Assembly: GCA_951406725.2 (NCBI GenBank)
Contig: OX597837.1
Span: 22,816,001 to 22,880,000 of the forward strand
Direction of reading: 5' to 3'
Length of the DNA stretch: 64,000 bases
Source of the DNA: Octopus vulgaris
Lineage: Eukaryota
Part shown: positions 26,334 to 38,610 of the stretch, piece by piece
How positions within the stretch are numbered: the stretch's first letter is position 1
Layout of the letters: the number at the start of each line of letters is the position of its first letter
Notes under the pieces: generated by a model
Databases searched by the model: none
Told to the model about the DNA's origin: nothing
The model's input: the letters and a program-made list of their open reading frames with translations, nothing else
Position numbers and translations under genes: made by a program

Positions 26334-26489
26334 CTGGTTGTGGTTGATTTTGTTGTTGCTGCTGTTGCTGTTCCGCCTCCTCCACGGGAGTGGCAGGGGA
26401 GACACAATCGTCGGTTGTGGAGGCACGCAGGCCTGACACTGAAAAGTCCAAGATTTAAGCTGAACCATCTTCCAGAGTCTATCCATCAT
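25511..26489 (-). CDS. LINE ORF1 (polyQ tract, coiled coil, RRM/CTD-like region), probably with 1-2 frameshifts
   Basis: 302-aa ORF 25543..26451 with the IRLGRPGPKPRLIKLSF motif. Adjacent frames give an N-terminal WTFQCQAC and a C-terminal EDGQIWRF...TQGN*. Confidence 0.7.
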
Positions 26490-27329
26490 AGCATTATGAT
26501 GGCTCTTTTTTTGGCCTGGGATGGAGGGGAAGAAGATAGAGGAGAGATACAGAGGAAAGAAAAATGATAAAGGAGTTACAGATATGGAAATTTGTTAAGT
26601 AATACATCTGAGAGAGAAGGCAGTGAGCTGGTAGAAACGTTAGCATGCTGGGCAAAATGCTTAGCAGTATTTCGTCTGTCTTTACATTCTGAGTTTAAAT
26701 TCCGCCAGGGTTGACTTTGCCATTCATCCTTCCGGAGTCGATAAATCAAGTACCCGTTGTGTACTGGTGTTGATCTAATCGACTGGCTCCCTTCCCCAAA
26801 ATTTTGGGCCTTGTGCATAGAGTGGAAAAGGATATATCTGAGAGAGAGAGAGAAAGGAGAGAGAGCGAGAAGGGGAGAGTGGAGAATAATTAAGGTACTT
26901 CAAGCGGGATATCAAATACCTCATTTAGTGTAGGTACCTCAAGTGTGGTAACTGAGGGTATTGAGAGTGTCTCAGTGGGAATCTATTTGTTCCTTCCTGT
27001 ATCTTTTAAAGTGATCATAATGTTGTAAATTTGATTCCTGGTAGCACAATGTGTCCTTGAGCAAGACACTCTGTTTCTCGTTGCTCCAGTTCACTCAGCT
27101 GGCAAAAGTGAGTAGTACCTGCATTTCAAAAGAGCCAGCCTTGTCACATTCTGTGTCATACTGAATCTCCCTGAGAACAATGCTAAGGGCATGTGTGCCT
27201 GTGAAGTGCTCAGCCATTTGCGTGTTAAATTCATGAGTAGGCTGGTATGTTGATTGGATCAACTGGAACCTTTGTCGTCATAAGTGACAGAGTGCTGATC
27301 TAAGTCTTCCAACAAGACAACCATCATTA

Positions 27330-27738
27330 TTCTCTCTTTACTCTTTTATTTGTTTCAGTCATTTGACTGGGGCCATGCTGGAGCACCGCCTTTAATCGAG
27401 CAACTCGACCCCAGGACTCATTCTTTGTAAGCCCAGTACTTATTCTATCGGTCTCTTTTGCCGAACCGCTAAGTAACGGGGACATAAACACACCAGCATC
27501 GGTTGTCAAGCAATGCTAGGGGGACAAACACAGACACACAAACACACACATTCATATATACATATACATATATATGACGGGCTTCTTTCAGTTTCCGTCT
27601 ACCAAATCCACTCACAAGGCTTTGGTCGGCCTGAGGCTATAGTTGAAGACACTTGCCCAAGGGGCCACGCAGTAGGACTGAACCCGGAACCATGTGGTTG
27701 GTAAACAAGCTACTTACCACACAGCCACTCCTGCGCCT
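27330..27738 (-). mobile_element. SINE family 1
   Basis: Homology to the other copies. Confidence 0.88.
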
Positions 27739-28638
27739 ATGTGTCCAACTAAATGCAAATGAAGTGAAGATTACTTTGGGGGAAGACGTAAATGGTTTTT
27801 CCTTGATTTGGATGAGGAATTTAATCAACTGAGCTACTTGTTCATTGAATCAGTGCTTATGTGGTTGAGTATTCCACAGACATATGTACCCTTAATGTAA
27901 ACTCTCAGGTAGACTCAGCATGACACTGTGTGTGACAAGGCTATAATTTAATTACAGGTACAATGTATCTGACAAGCTTGTACATAGTTTCAATCAAGCA
28001 AATTTCTCTCCCAAGGCTTGGGTTGACCTGAAACTGTGTTAAAAGTCTCTGGCCTAAGAATGCAATGCAGGGAGACTGAACCTGGGACCTCTTGATTGCA
28101 AAGCAAACTTCTTAATGATTTAGCTATGCTGCATCTAATTGGGATTGCAGAGTGGTTGGTATTAGGAAGGGCATCCGGCTGTAAAATCCCTGCCAAAACA
28201 GACACAGTAGCCTAGGGTAGTTTTTCTACCTGGCTGGCTCCTGTCAACTGTCCTACCCATGCATTCATGGAAGATGGATGTTAAATGATGATGATGATGA
28301 TGATGATGATTAAAAACAGTTGCAAACAGTAGAAGCACTGCAAAAGTGATAAATGTTTCACTAGTCTGAAGTGCATAGTTCAATTCCTATTATAACAATC
28401 CCTACCTTCACACAACAGTTGAAGTTTCCTGGTATCATTACATGAAGAGGAAGTCTTCAGACAAGAAACAACAATAGAAATCAATAAGAAGCTAAGCTTG
28501 TTCAAAGAATATATTTCTATTCATTGAATGTAATTGTATAATTGTAGCTATCATGAAGATATAAACAGATTGTAGGGGGAAGAAGAGAAAATTCATGTGT
28601 AACTTGAGCCTTTTGCAAGAAGATATAGAAGTAAGGTG

Positions 28639-28990
28639 TAGGCAGGCTGTGTGGTAAGAGGCTTGCTTTCCAACCACAAGGTTCTGGGTTTTTACCTTGG
28701 GCAAGTATATTCTACTATACCCTTGCACTGACCAAAGCCTTGTGAGTGGATTAGGCAGACAGAAACTGAAAGAAGCCATTGTGTCTGTGTTTGTCCCCTA
28801 CCACTGCTTGACAACAGGTGTTGGTGTGTTTACATCCTCATATCTTAGTAGTTTGGCAAAAGAGACCGATAGAATAAGTACCAAACTTTAAAAAAGATAA
28901 GGATTGGGGTTGATCCATTTGACTACAAATTCTTCAAGGCAATGCCCAAGCATGGCCAGTCTAATGATTGAATCAAGTAAACGATAAACA
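28639..28990 (+). mobile_element. SINE family 1, diverged
   Basis: Homology to the other copies. Confidence 0.75.
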
Positions 28991-29840
28991 GTAAAAAAAA
29001 AAAAACCCAACAAAGTCCCATATGGGATGTGACCCCTTTTTCCTAGAAAAAAAAAAAAGTAAAATTATATAAAAGCGAGTTCCTAGTCAGATTTGACCAT
29101 TCCTCTGTAATTAATTTCCAGTTTTTTGTTTCAATAAAATTTCCTTTTGACTAGAAAATGATTTTGTTGGACTGAGACACTCAACAAAAATATTAATCAC
29201 AGTTCAATGAAGATCGGCTTAAAACAGCATCATCTTGGTTTTTGTTTCTGATGTACATGACGGATTCCATTGGTGTATGAGGGATTTAAGAAGAGCATGA
29301 AGGCTAACAGCAAAGGGGGAGGAAGAAGAAGGAAGAAGAAGAAGAAGAAGAGGAGAAGAAAAAGAAGAAGAGAAGAAAAAGAAGAAGTAGGAGGAAGAAG
29401 AAGAAGAAGAAGAAGAAGAAGAAGAAGAAGAATAGAGAGAGAGAGAAAGAAACTAAATGGTATTTGATCAAAGATAAAAAAAAACAAACAATGCGGTTTG
29501 GGTAACTCCTCAAAAAATGCCAGGCTTGGAAGAAGAGAAGAGTTAGAAGTTGGAAAGGAATTTGTTAGTTGTAACAATGTATGAAAGATATTCTCATCAA
29601 GAGACAATATTTCAGAAGTGATCTTAATACCCACATCAAAGACATCAAAGATAATAATGATGATGATGGTCATCATCGTTACCATCATCATATCTGTAAA
29701 ATTGTATTATTTGGTTTTCAGACAGTATTACTTCGACTGAATGGATTGAAGTAATTCTCTGCAAGTTCCTGGCTAATATTCTCTCTGTTTCTCATACACA
29801 TACACACACACACACACGCGTGCACACACACACACACGCG

Positions 29841-29876
<36 letters not shown>

Positions 29877-30242
29877 GACGAATCAAACATAAAACAAAAA
29901 CCAGGAAAAAATCAACAAAAGTCAATTAGATGTACACAGTGAATATATTAGAATGACATTCGGTGAAAGTTTTAGATGATAAAATAGGAGTGGAAACAAT
30001 GTTTCGAGCACGACTCTTTGTCGGATACAGGGAAAAGTCCAGAGAAGAGGAAAAGAGGAAGGAACAGATAGTCTGAGGAAAGTATGTGTATTGCTACATA
30101 TACATGTATGTATGTGTATATGTATATATGTGTATATGTGTATATGTATGTATGTATATCTGTTTATCTATCTATTTATATATCTAATATATAACCTCTC
30201 TCTCTCTCTCTCTCACTCTCTCTGTCTATATATATATATACT

Positions 30243-30618
30243 ATTTTACTTGTTTCAGTCATTTGACTGAGGCCATGCTGGAGCACTGCCTTTAGTCGAG
30301 CAAATCGATCCCAGAACTTATTTCTCATAAGCCTAGTACTTATTCTATCAGTCTCTTTTACTGAACCGCTAAGTTACGGGGACGTAAACACACCAACATC
30401 GGTTGTCAAGCGATGTTGGGGGGACAAACACAAGCACACAAACACATACATACATACGACGGGCTCCTTTCAGTTTCCGCCTACCAAATCCACTCACAAG
30501 GCTTTGGTCAGCCTGAGGCTATAGTACAAGACCCTTTCCAAAGTGCCACGTAGTGGGACTGAACCCGGAACCATGTGGTTGGTAAGCAAGCTACTTACCA
30601 CACAGCCACTCCTGCGCC

Positions 30619-30619
<1 letters not shown>
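30243..30619 (-). mobile_element. SINE family 1
   Basis: Homology to the other copies. Confidence 0.85.
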
Positions 30620-30676
<57 letters not shown>

Positions 30677-31109
30677 CACATTACTGTATTGACCTGACTT
30701 TAGGATGCTGTTATACAGACAGCACTAGTTACAAGTGCTTCCTCACATGATTATAGCTTTTGAACGATGTCACCCCACTGGCTATGTGCTCAGGTCAACG
30801 TGCCCTGTCTGAACAGGATGTCAATTTGTCACAGAGCTACCCATTTATGGTTGAGTGAACTGGAGCAATGAGAAATGAAGTGCTCTACTCAAGAACACAA
30901 TGCAGCACCAAAATGGGAATCAAAACGACAATCTCACAACCATAAATGCAACACACACACACGCACAGTCGTGGCAAAATGTTTGGAACATAGGTATGAA
31001 AATTAGAATTTTTATATTAAATGGTCAAAGTGATATGGTGGGTATAACAATTTTAATATAAAAAAAAATATTCCAGACTTCTAGCCATGACTATATGTAT
31101 ACGTGTATA

Positions 31110-31480
31110 CTCTTTACTCTTTTACTTGTTTCAGTCATTTGACTGTGGCCATGCTGGAGCACTGCCTTTAGTTGAGCAAATCGAACTCAGAACCTATTCT
31201 TTGGATGCTTAGTACTTATTCTATCGGCCTCTTTTGCCAAACCGCTAAGTTACAGGGACGTAAATACACCAGCATCGGTTGTCAAGCGATGTTGGGGGGA
31301 CAAACAGACACACAAACATATACGACAGACTTCTTTCAGTTTTCGTCTACCAGATCCACTCACAAGGGTTTGGTTGGCTCAAGGCTATAGTAGAAGACAC
31401 TTGCCCAAGGTGCTACGCAGTGGGAATGAACCCGGAAACATGTGGTTTGTAAGCAAGCTACTTACCACACAGCCACTCCT
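31110..31480 (-). mobile_element. SINE family 1
   Basis: Homology to the other copies. Confidence 0.85.
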
Positions 31481-32633
31481 ATATATATATATACACATAT
31501 ATCCATACACATATATATGTATTTATGTTATTCCTGATTTCATGACAGGTAAAGACATTTAAAGATCCTAAATAATTGTACCCAATTAAACATTATATGG
31601 TGAGTACCACATCAATATTTTTTTTCTGTGTTTCTATCTGACACCCAAGTTAGTTTCCAACAGGAATTACATTCATGTCAAATCTTAGCAAACTGTCCTT
31701 AATTTCCCCCATTTTCTTTATATTTTAATTTTCTAGGGAGAAACAAACAAAAATAACAAGACCCCCCCCCAAAAAAAAAATAAGCAAAAAAAAAAAGAAA
31801 CCCAAGAACACAACAACAACTAAACAAATAAACGCCCCTCAAAACAAAACAAGCTCTAATTTCTGCTTCTGCGTTATGACAGATCTCCAGATATTCAAAT
31901 TAAGAATTGTTTTTGCTGAAGTGACAACTCAATCACTTCTCAGCATGTATCATTTACTTTATTCAATACACAACTAAGATGGACTTAGCAAACTTAATAT
32001 AAAACAATAAATAAATAAAAAAAACACAAAAGAATAGAAAGAAAGAAAAAACACAGCAATATAATATATGGAATGTTGTTTCTAGTGAGTTAGATGGTAA
32101 TGGTTGATAAGAATGAATATGGTTTCAGCTCTTTGGTGAGAACAACGATAATAGACTACCTAATTGCAGACTGCTGTGAAAATATCAATTACTTGGAAGT
32201 AGTAGCCAGTGTTTTGTGTTAAGTTAGGTCATTAACTGCCATCTATCTGTAGTTGTGTCTATGTAAAGCAGAACTAATGACATGAGACAAAAACAAAAAT
32301 AAACATACAAAAGAAACAAGCGAAACAGAGAGAAAAAAAAAAACAATAGTTAAAAGCATCAACCACGAGTCAATGGAATGATTTATTGGGGGAGGAGAGA
32401 AGGACACAGAAATAAATAAATAAATAAATAAATATATATATAACTGTCTTCAAATACGGTTTGTTGCCAACTTGAGAAGAAATCATTGAAAACTTATAGA
32501 AATGATATAGAAATATTTCTGTTCAGCTTGTGAAAAATAATATAAAAAGCAATGGACATATCTAACCAGCTTTGATTTACATTAATCTAATAATCAACTA
32601 ATTTAATTAGGAGATTTACAATTTGACAACATA

Positions 32634-32684
<51 letters not shown>

Positions 32685-33376
32685 AATAAATAAAATATAA
32701 TGATATATGCATACATATATGTACATACTTACAGCTACATGTATACATACATGCATATATATATATATGAGTACAGGACACCACAAATAAATGTAGAACA
32801 CAACGAGAGATGAAAACATAAAATCAAACAAGGAAACATACATATATATACACACACACATACATGTCTGTGTGTGAGTATGCATGTGTGTATATGTATA
32901 TACAACATATGTATGTGTGTGTGTGTAAATGGCTATTCGTAGTTGTCAAAGAAACAGAACTGAAATAATATGAAGGTAAATGAATAACTTCGTGTGATTG
33001 CAATTTGAAGAATAGTCCATAAAATCACAATAATTTTGAGGTAAAAACAGATTTTAAATATAGAAATATATTTAGAAAGTTTCTACAGAAAATTCCTGTT
33101 AATCATATAAGTATCTAATGAAGATGCAAAGTCTCTTTTTTTTTTTGTGCTGGCCACTTTCATGACAATTCTGTTTACTGAGAAAAAGAACAAAACTAAT
33201 GCACAGCCACAAAAAGCTTGGACATTTTTTCACAATGACAACCATGAAATAAAAATACTAAACCAGCAACCAGCATACACAGTTTTTACTACAAGAGCAC
33301 ATCAAAGAAATGGACTTGGTAAAGTACTACCAGCATATATATATATATATATACACACACACATACATATGTTGTG

Positions 33377-33705
33377 AAGGCGCATGGCTCAGTGGTTAGA
33401 GCGTCGAGCTTATGATCATGATGTTGTGAGCTCGAATCCCAGACTGGGCTGTGCGTTGTGTTCTTGAGCAAGACACTTTATTTCACGTTGCTCCAGTTCA
33501 CTCAGATGTAGAAATGAGTTGCGATGTCACTGGTGCCAAGCTGTATTGGCCTTACCCTTGGATTACATTGGTGGCATGGAGAGGAGAGGCTGGTATGCAT
33601 GGGCGACTGCTGGTCTTCCATAAAACAACCTTGCCTGGATTTGTGTCTGGGAGGGTAACTTTCTAGGTGCAATCTCATGGTCTGTGTCATGACCAAAGGG
33701 GGTTT
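33377..33705 (+). mobile_element. tRNA-derived SINE family 3 (ggcgcatggctcagtggttagagcg head)
   Basis: A-box tggctcagtgg and B-box-like gctcgaatcc. Related pieces at about 8280-8500, 11380-11620, 27010-27295 and 30780-30950. Confidence 0.75.
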
Positions 33706-34015
33706 CAGAATATATATGTTGTATATTATGGAAGAGATGACAAATGACTAAGACTTTTAGCGATTTGCTGTGCTTGAGAAGACACATCAAGCTACGTGAA
33801 ATTGGAGTAATGACCAGTGCTGGTGACATGTAAAAGCAGCTGTGCCAGTGATACATAATAGACACCTGATACAGTCTCCAGAATGGTTGGCATTTGGAAG
33901 AGCTTTGGCCACAGAAATAAACTGGATCTTAGTGTAGTTCTCCAGCTTTTCAGCCCCAGTCAAATCATCTTACCCATGTCAGCATGGAAAACAGACACTA
34001 GATGATGATTTATAT

Positions 34016-34175
34016 CAGTGGTTCCCAGCCTGGGGTCCATGAACCCCTGGTGGTCTACAAAGGTAGTACTGGGGGTCCATGAATTAAATTCAAAATTTCA
34101 TGTATACATAAGGATAAGCAGATTAAAATCAGTCCATGGGAAAACTCATTTAAATAAGAATGTTGGGAACCACTG
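34016..34175. mobile_element. Small hAT-type MITE
   Basis: TIRs CAGTGGTTCCCA ... TGGGAACCACTG. Confidence 0.7.
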
Positions 34176-34187
34176 TGAAAAGGTTTA

Positions 34188-34597
34188 TTCTTTTACTCGT
34201 TTCAGTCATTTGACTGCGACCATGCTGGAGCACCGCCTTAAAGAGGTTTTTGTCAAAGAAATTGACCCCAGGACACATTCTTTGTAAGCCTAGTACTTAC
34301 TCTATCGGTGTCTTTTGCTGAACTTCTAAGTTATGAGGACATAAACACATCAACATCGGTTGTCAAGCGATGGTGGTAGTGGGGCAAACACAAACACAAA
34401 GTCACACACACATAAATATATACATATATATATATATGATGGGCTTCTTTTAGTTTCCATCTATCAGATCCACTCACAAGGCTTTGGTTGGCCTGAGGCT
34501 ATTGTAGAAGACACTTGACTAAGGTGCCATGCAGTGGGACTGAACCCGGAATCATGTAGTTGGGAAGCATGCTGCTTACCTCACCATCATGCCTGTG

Positions 34598-34600
<3 letters not shown>
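34188..34600 (-). mobile_element. SINE family 1
   Basis: Homology to the other copies. Confidence 0.8.
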
Positions 34601-34640
<40 letters not shown>

Positions 34641-34645
<5 letters not shown>

Positions 34646-36521
34646 CCTAGCGGCTATAATCTCGAGCACAGCTAAGTTTGAATGCTTATTTATTTTATTT
34701 TTATTTATTTTCACTTCACTTCACTTCTCGACCAATCATACATGTTTTCCTATCTGTTGTTATTTATCTATCTAACTATTGTATCTAATTTCTCCTCTAT
34801 TAACTCTGCCCGACCAAGTCTCGCTCTATCATCCTTTTTCAACCTTCGCGCGTATTTGTCTATCGATCTCCGCCATCTTTAAAGCCTGTTCCCTTAATAC
34901 ACTTCCGCCTTGTCCAAAAATTCCTTTCCGGTCAATTTCTTTACTTAAGGCAACAACATCTGCTCTCTCATTCATTCACCTAGCGGCTATAATCTCGAGC
35001 ACAGCTAAGTTTGAATGCTTATTTATTTTATTTTTATTTATTTTCACTTCACTTCACTTCTCGACCAATCATACATGTTTTCCTATCTGTTGTTATTTAT
35101 CTATCTAACTATTGTATCTAATTTCTCCTCTATTAACTCTGCCCGACCAAGTCTCGCTCTATCATCCTTTTTCAACCTTCGCGCGTATTTGTCTATCGAT
35201 CTCCGCCATCTTTAAAGCCTGTTCCCTTAATACACTTCCGCCTTGTCCAAAAATTCCTTTCCGGTCAATTTCTTTACTTAAGGCAACAACATCTGCTCTC
35301 TCATTCATTCACCTAGCGGCTATAATCTCGAGCACAGCTAAGTTTGAATGCTTATTTATTTTATTTTTATTTATTTTCACTTCACTTCACTTCTCGACCA
35401 ATCATACATGTTTTCCTATCTGTTGTTATTTATCTATCTAACTATTGTATCTAATTTCTCCTCTATTAACTCTGCCCGACCAAGTCTCGCTCTATCATCC
35501 TTTTTCAACCTTCGCGCGTATTTGTCTATCGATCTCCGCCATCTTTAAAGCCTGTTCCCTTAATACACTTCCGCCTTGTCCAAAAATTCCTTTCCGGTCA
35601 ATTTCTTTACTTAAGGCAACAACATCTGCTCTCTCATTCATTCACCTAGCGGCTATAATCTCGAGCACAGCTAAGTTTGAATGCTTATTTATTTTATTTT
35701 TATTTATTTTCACTTCACTTCACTTCTCGACCAATCATACATGTTTTCCTATCTGTTGTTATTTATCTATCTAACTATTGTATCTAATTTCTCCTCTATT
35801 AACTCTGCCCGACCAAGTCTCGCTCTATCATCCTTTTTCAACCTTCGCGCGTATTTGTCTATCGATCTCCGCCATCTTTAAAGCCTGTTCCCTTAATACA
35901 CTTCCGCCTTGTCCAAAAATTCCTTTCCGGTCAATTTCTTTACTTAAGGCAACAACATCTGCTCTCTCATTCATTCACCTAGCGGCTATAATCTCGAGCA
36001 CAGCTAAGTTTGAATGCTTATTTATTTTATTTTTATTTATTTTCACTTCACTTCACTTCTCGACCAATCATACATGTTTTCCTATCTGTTGTTATTTATC
36101 TATCTAACTATTGTATCTAATTTCTCCTCTATTAACTCTGCCCGACCAAGTCTCGCTCTATCATCCTTTTTCAACCTTCGCGCGTATTTGTCTATCGATC
36201 TCCGCCATCTTTAAAGCCTGTTCCCTTAATACACTTCCGCCTTGTCCAAAAATTCCTTTCCGGTCAATTTCTTTACTTAAGGCAACAACATCTGCTCTCT
36301 CATTCATTCACCTAGCGGCTATAATCTCGAGCACAGCTAAGTTTGAATGCTTATTTATTTTATTTTTATTTATTTTCACTTCACTTCACTTCTCGACCAA
36401 TCATACATGTTTTCCTATCTGTTGTTATTTATCTATCTAACTATTGTATCTAATTTCTCCTCTATTAACTCTGCCCGACCAAGTCTCGCTCTATCATCCT
36501 TTTTCAACCTTCGCGCGTATT
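34641..36521. repeat. Tandem array of a 333-bp unit, about 5.65 apparently identical copies
   Basis: Units start at 34641, 34974, 35307, 35640, 35973 and 36306. Identical ORFs recur every 333 bp. Confidence 0.97.
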
Positions 36522-36774
36522 CGCGGTGCACCCACCCTGCCCACCCCCACCACCAATACCGGATATCTCTATATTTTTGCTCCATCTATACCGGATGTTG
36601 TTTCTCCCACCACCATTATAGGTGTCTACTCTTCGAATGCCCCCTCCTCAATACGCTATTTTCACCATGCATTACCCTCTATCCTACGTTCTACTTGCCT
36701 AAGAACCTGTCATCATTCCTCTGAACCACCCCTCCCCACTGGTGCTCCCCTATATTTCTGCCCCCCCCACATAA

Positions 36775-37016
36775 TAAAAAAAGCACCATCCGAACGTGGC
36801 CGATGCCAGACCCCTCTGGCACCCGTGCAGGTGGCACGTAAAAAACACCCACTACACTCGCGGAGTGGTTGGCGTTAGGAAGGGCATCCAGCTGTAGAAA
36901 CACTGCCAGACTAGACTGGAGCCTGGGGCAGTCCCTAGCTCCCCAGACCCCGGTCGAAACCGTCCAACCCGTGCTAGCGCGGAAAACGGACGTTAAACGA
37001 TGATGATGATGATGAT
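36775..37016 (+). mobile_element. Short retroposon with an RTE-like 3' end and (GAT)n tail (family 4), young copy
   Basis: ggcgttaggaagggcatccagctgtagaaa...ggacgttaaacgatgatgat. Many relatives occur at 5.6, 6.8, 11.6, 18.1, 19.3, 21.3, 40.0, 50.1, 55.1 and 63.1 kb. Confidence 0.8.
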
Positions 37017-37417
37017 ATTCTCTTTTGGCACCAGGACATTTGTTCTTGACTGATAACTCTTAATCTAACCTCTCTTCTCTATTTCTTTCTGTCTTTCTCT
37101 TATCTTTTATCTCTGACCATCAATTCAAAGAAATAATTTAACATGGAGTTGTACATTGATTGTTTTATGACCTTAGGGCCTATGAAATCTGGCTAAATCT
37201 CGGTATATCTTTACTCTCTTTATTGATGCTGAAATGAGAGATCAATTCACATTCCACATCTGGGTATTTTTTCTTTGGACTAAATTTTGAAGCTCTAATT
37301 CACCTGAAGAAAATTTTGTTTGTCATGATGAAATTGAACTATTCATAAAAAAGAAATGCATCCGAAACAGCTGTAGCAAGCCTTTAACCCATTTGTGTTC
37401 TTATTTTATATTATATT

Positions 37418-37579
37418 ATTTAAAGGACTGACCACTAAAAGTGGATGGTCAACATGCTAGATATAGACATCAAATCGCTATTTTCCACAAAGAATATGTC
37501 CTCAAATTTGAGATAATAGCGATTTGACATCTATATCTAGCATGTTGACCGTCCACTTTTAGTGGTCAGTCCTTTAAAT
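37418..37579. repeat. Inverted repeat (65-bp arms, 32-bp spacer) next to a degenerate Penelope-like GAAACAGCTGTA motif
   Basis: atttaaaggactgaccactaaaagtgga...cgctatt pairs with aatagcg...tccacttttagtggtcagtcctttaaat. Confidence 0.9.
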
Positions 37580-38049
37580 TTTGTATGTAAAAATATTTTA
37601 ATCTTCGGATTTTTTAAATTTGCTGGGCCACTGGTTTTAATTGATTAATATCAATTTCTACCCTTATTAAATTTTAAATTATATATATAAATATATATAT
37701 ATAGTATGTGTGTGTGTGTATGAGAGAGAGAGAGTGGGTTGAGCTAAGTAATATATTGATGCTTTATTCAATCCAGGGAATGTCACCAGTTTCATAGATG
37801 AGGATGCTTGCAAGAATCTCTTACTCCCAAAATTTTGACAATGTCTGTAAATTAACCTGGTAACTCTTCACCATCCTGTATTTTGAACATTTCCTGTAGT
37901 TATTCTCATGAGAAGATGCACTGACATGTTTTGCCTAATTTGTGTTCTTGTATAATTCTGAGGCGTGATTTTCTTAAACAACACCAGGAAAATCATTAAA
38001 AGATCTTATTAATGCTCAACTTGTTCCCATGTCGATGGTGCCGCCTCAC

Positions 38050-38610
38050 ACTTTTCCCCACCTATATAATGATTTGAAAACAACTGCTGCCAAATCTCAT
38101 TACTTTTCTCATCTTGGTGAGATAGCTATTAAGAAAGAAACTAAATGGCTTCTTAATTAAACCATCAGTGTCACCATGGCATGCACAAATGGCATGAAAT
38201 AGTACGAACCAGTGTCAAGCAATACATTGTTATTGATTACTCACAAACAATAAATCACTACTGATTTTTAGAGGCCTATCCACTCCCTAATATTGAAGAT
38301 CACTCACCCTTTATTATACAGCCAACTGCACCTGAAATTGGCATATCAAATTCCACTCCACAATGACAGTGAGAGATACATTGCATTTCAAGCTGATGCT
38401 GCCCTTTGATGTCATTGAAGCTGTAAGCACTTTTCAAAGAGTGATGGATGGTATAATTATCAACATTAACATCAAAGGGGTTCAAGTCTATCATAATGTC
38501 ATTATCATTGATAAAACTATTGAGGAGCATGACAGGAATTTAGCGCAATGTATTTCAGTTGCTTAAGAGATTCAGTGACACTGACCAGCAACAAATGTCT
38601 TCATCAAATA
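38050..38610 (+). pseudogene. Degenerate Ty3/Gypsy reverse transcriptase fragment
   Basis: Relics SPW, IDYSQTIN, AYPLPNIE, LPFDV..AVSTFQRVMD and TIEEHDRNL. Confidence 0.75.

Larger units (their letters stand above)
22614..26539 (-). mobile_element. CR1-like non-LTR retrotransposon, about 3.9 kb, probably 5'-truncated, recent
   Basis: ORF1 plus an EN-RT ORF2, a short 3' UTR with a stem-loop and a (TTA)n tail. Candidate TSD aggagagata at 22604-22613 and 26540-26549. Confidence 0.92.

Noticed and set aside
25977-26567. Antisense and alternative-frame ORFs (poly-V/A, poly-T, poly-L) over LINE ORF1
   Set aside because: These are shadow frames of the CAG/CAA repeat.
29230-29691. 153-aa ORF and K/R-rich ORFs
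   Set aside because: They are driven by (GAA)n and (GAT)n repeats.
33377-33450. tRNA gene
   Set aside because: The A/B boxes belong to a SINE head, there is no complete cloverleaf, and the sequence continues into SINE body.
34641-36521. Tandem gene cluster of 109-aa/66-aa ORFs, or a mitochondrial insertion
   Set aside because: The ORFs are hydrophobic by-products of pyrimidine bias with non-ATG starts. I recognised no mitochondrial gene, and the minus frame contains TAA/TAG stops.
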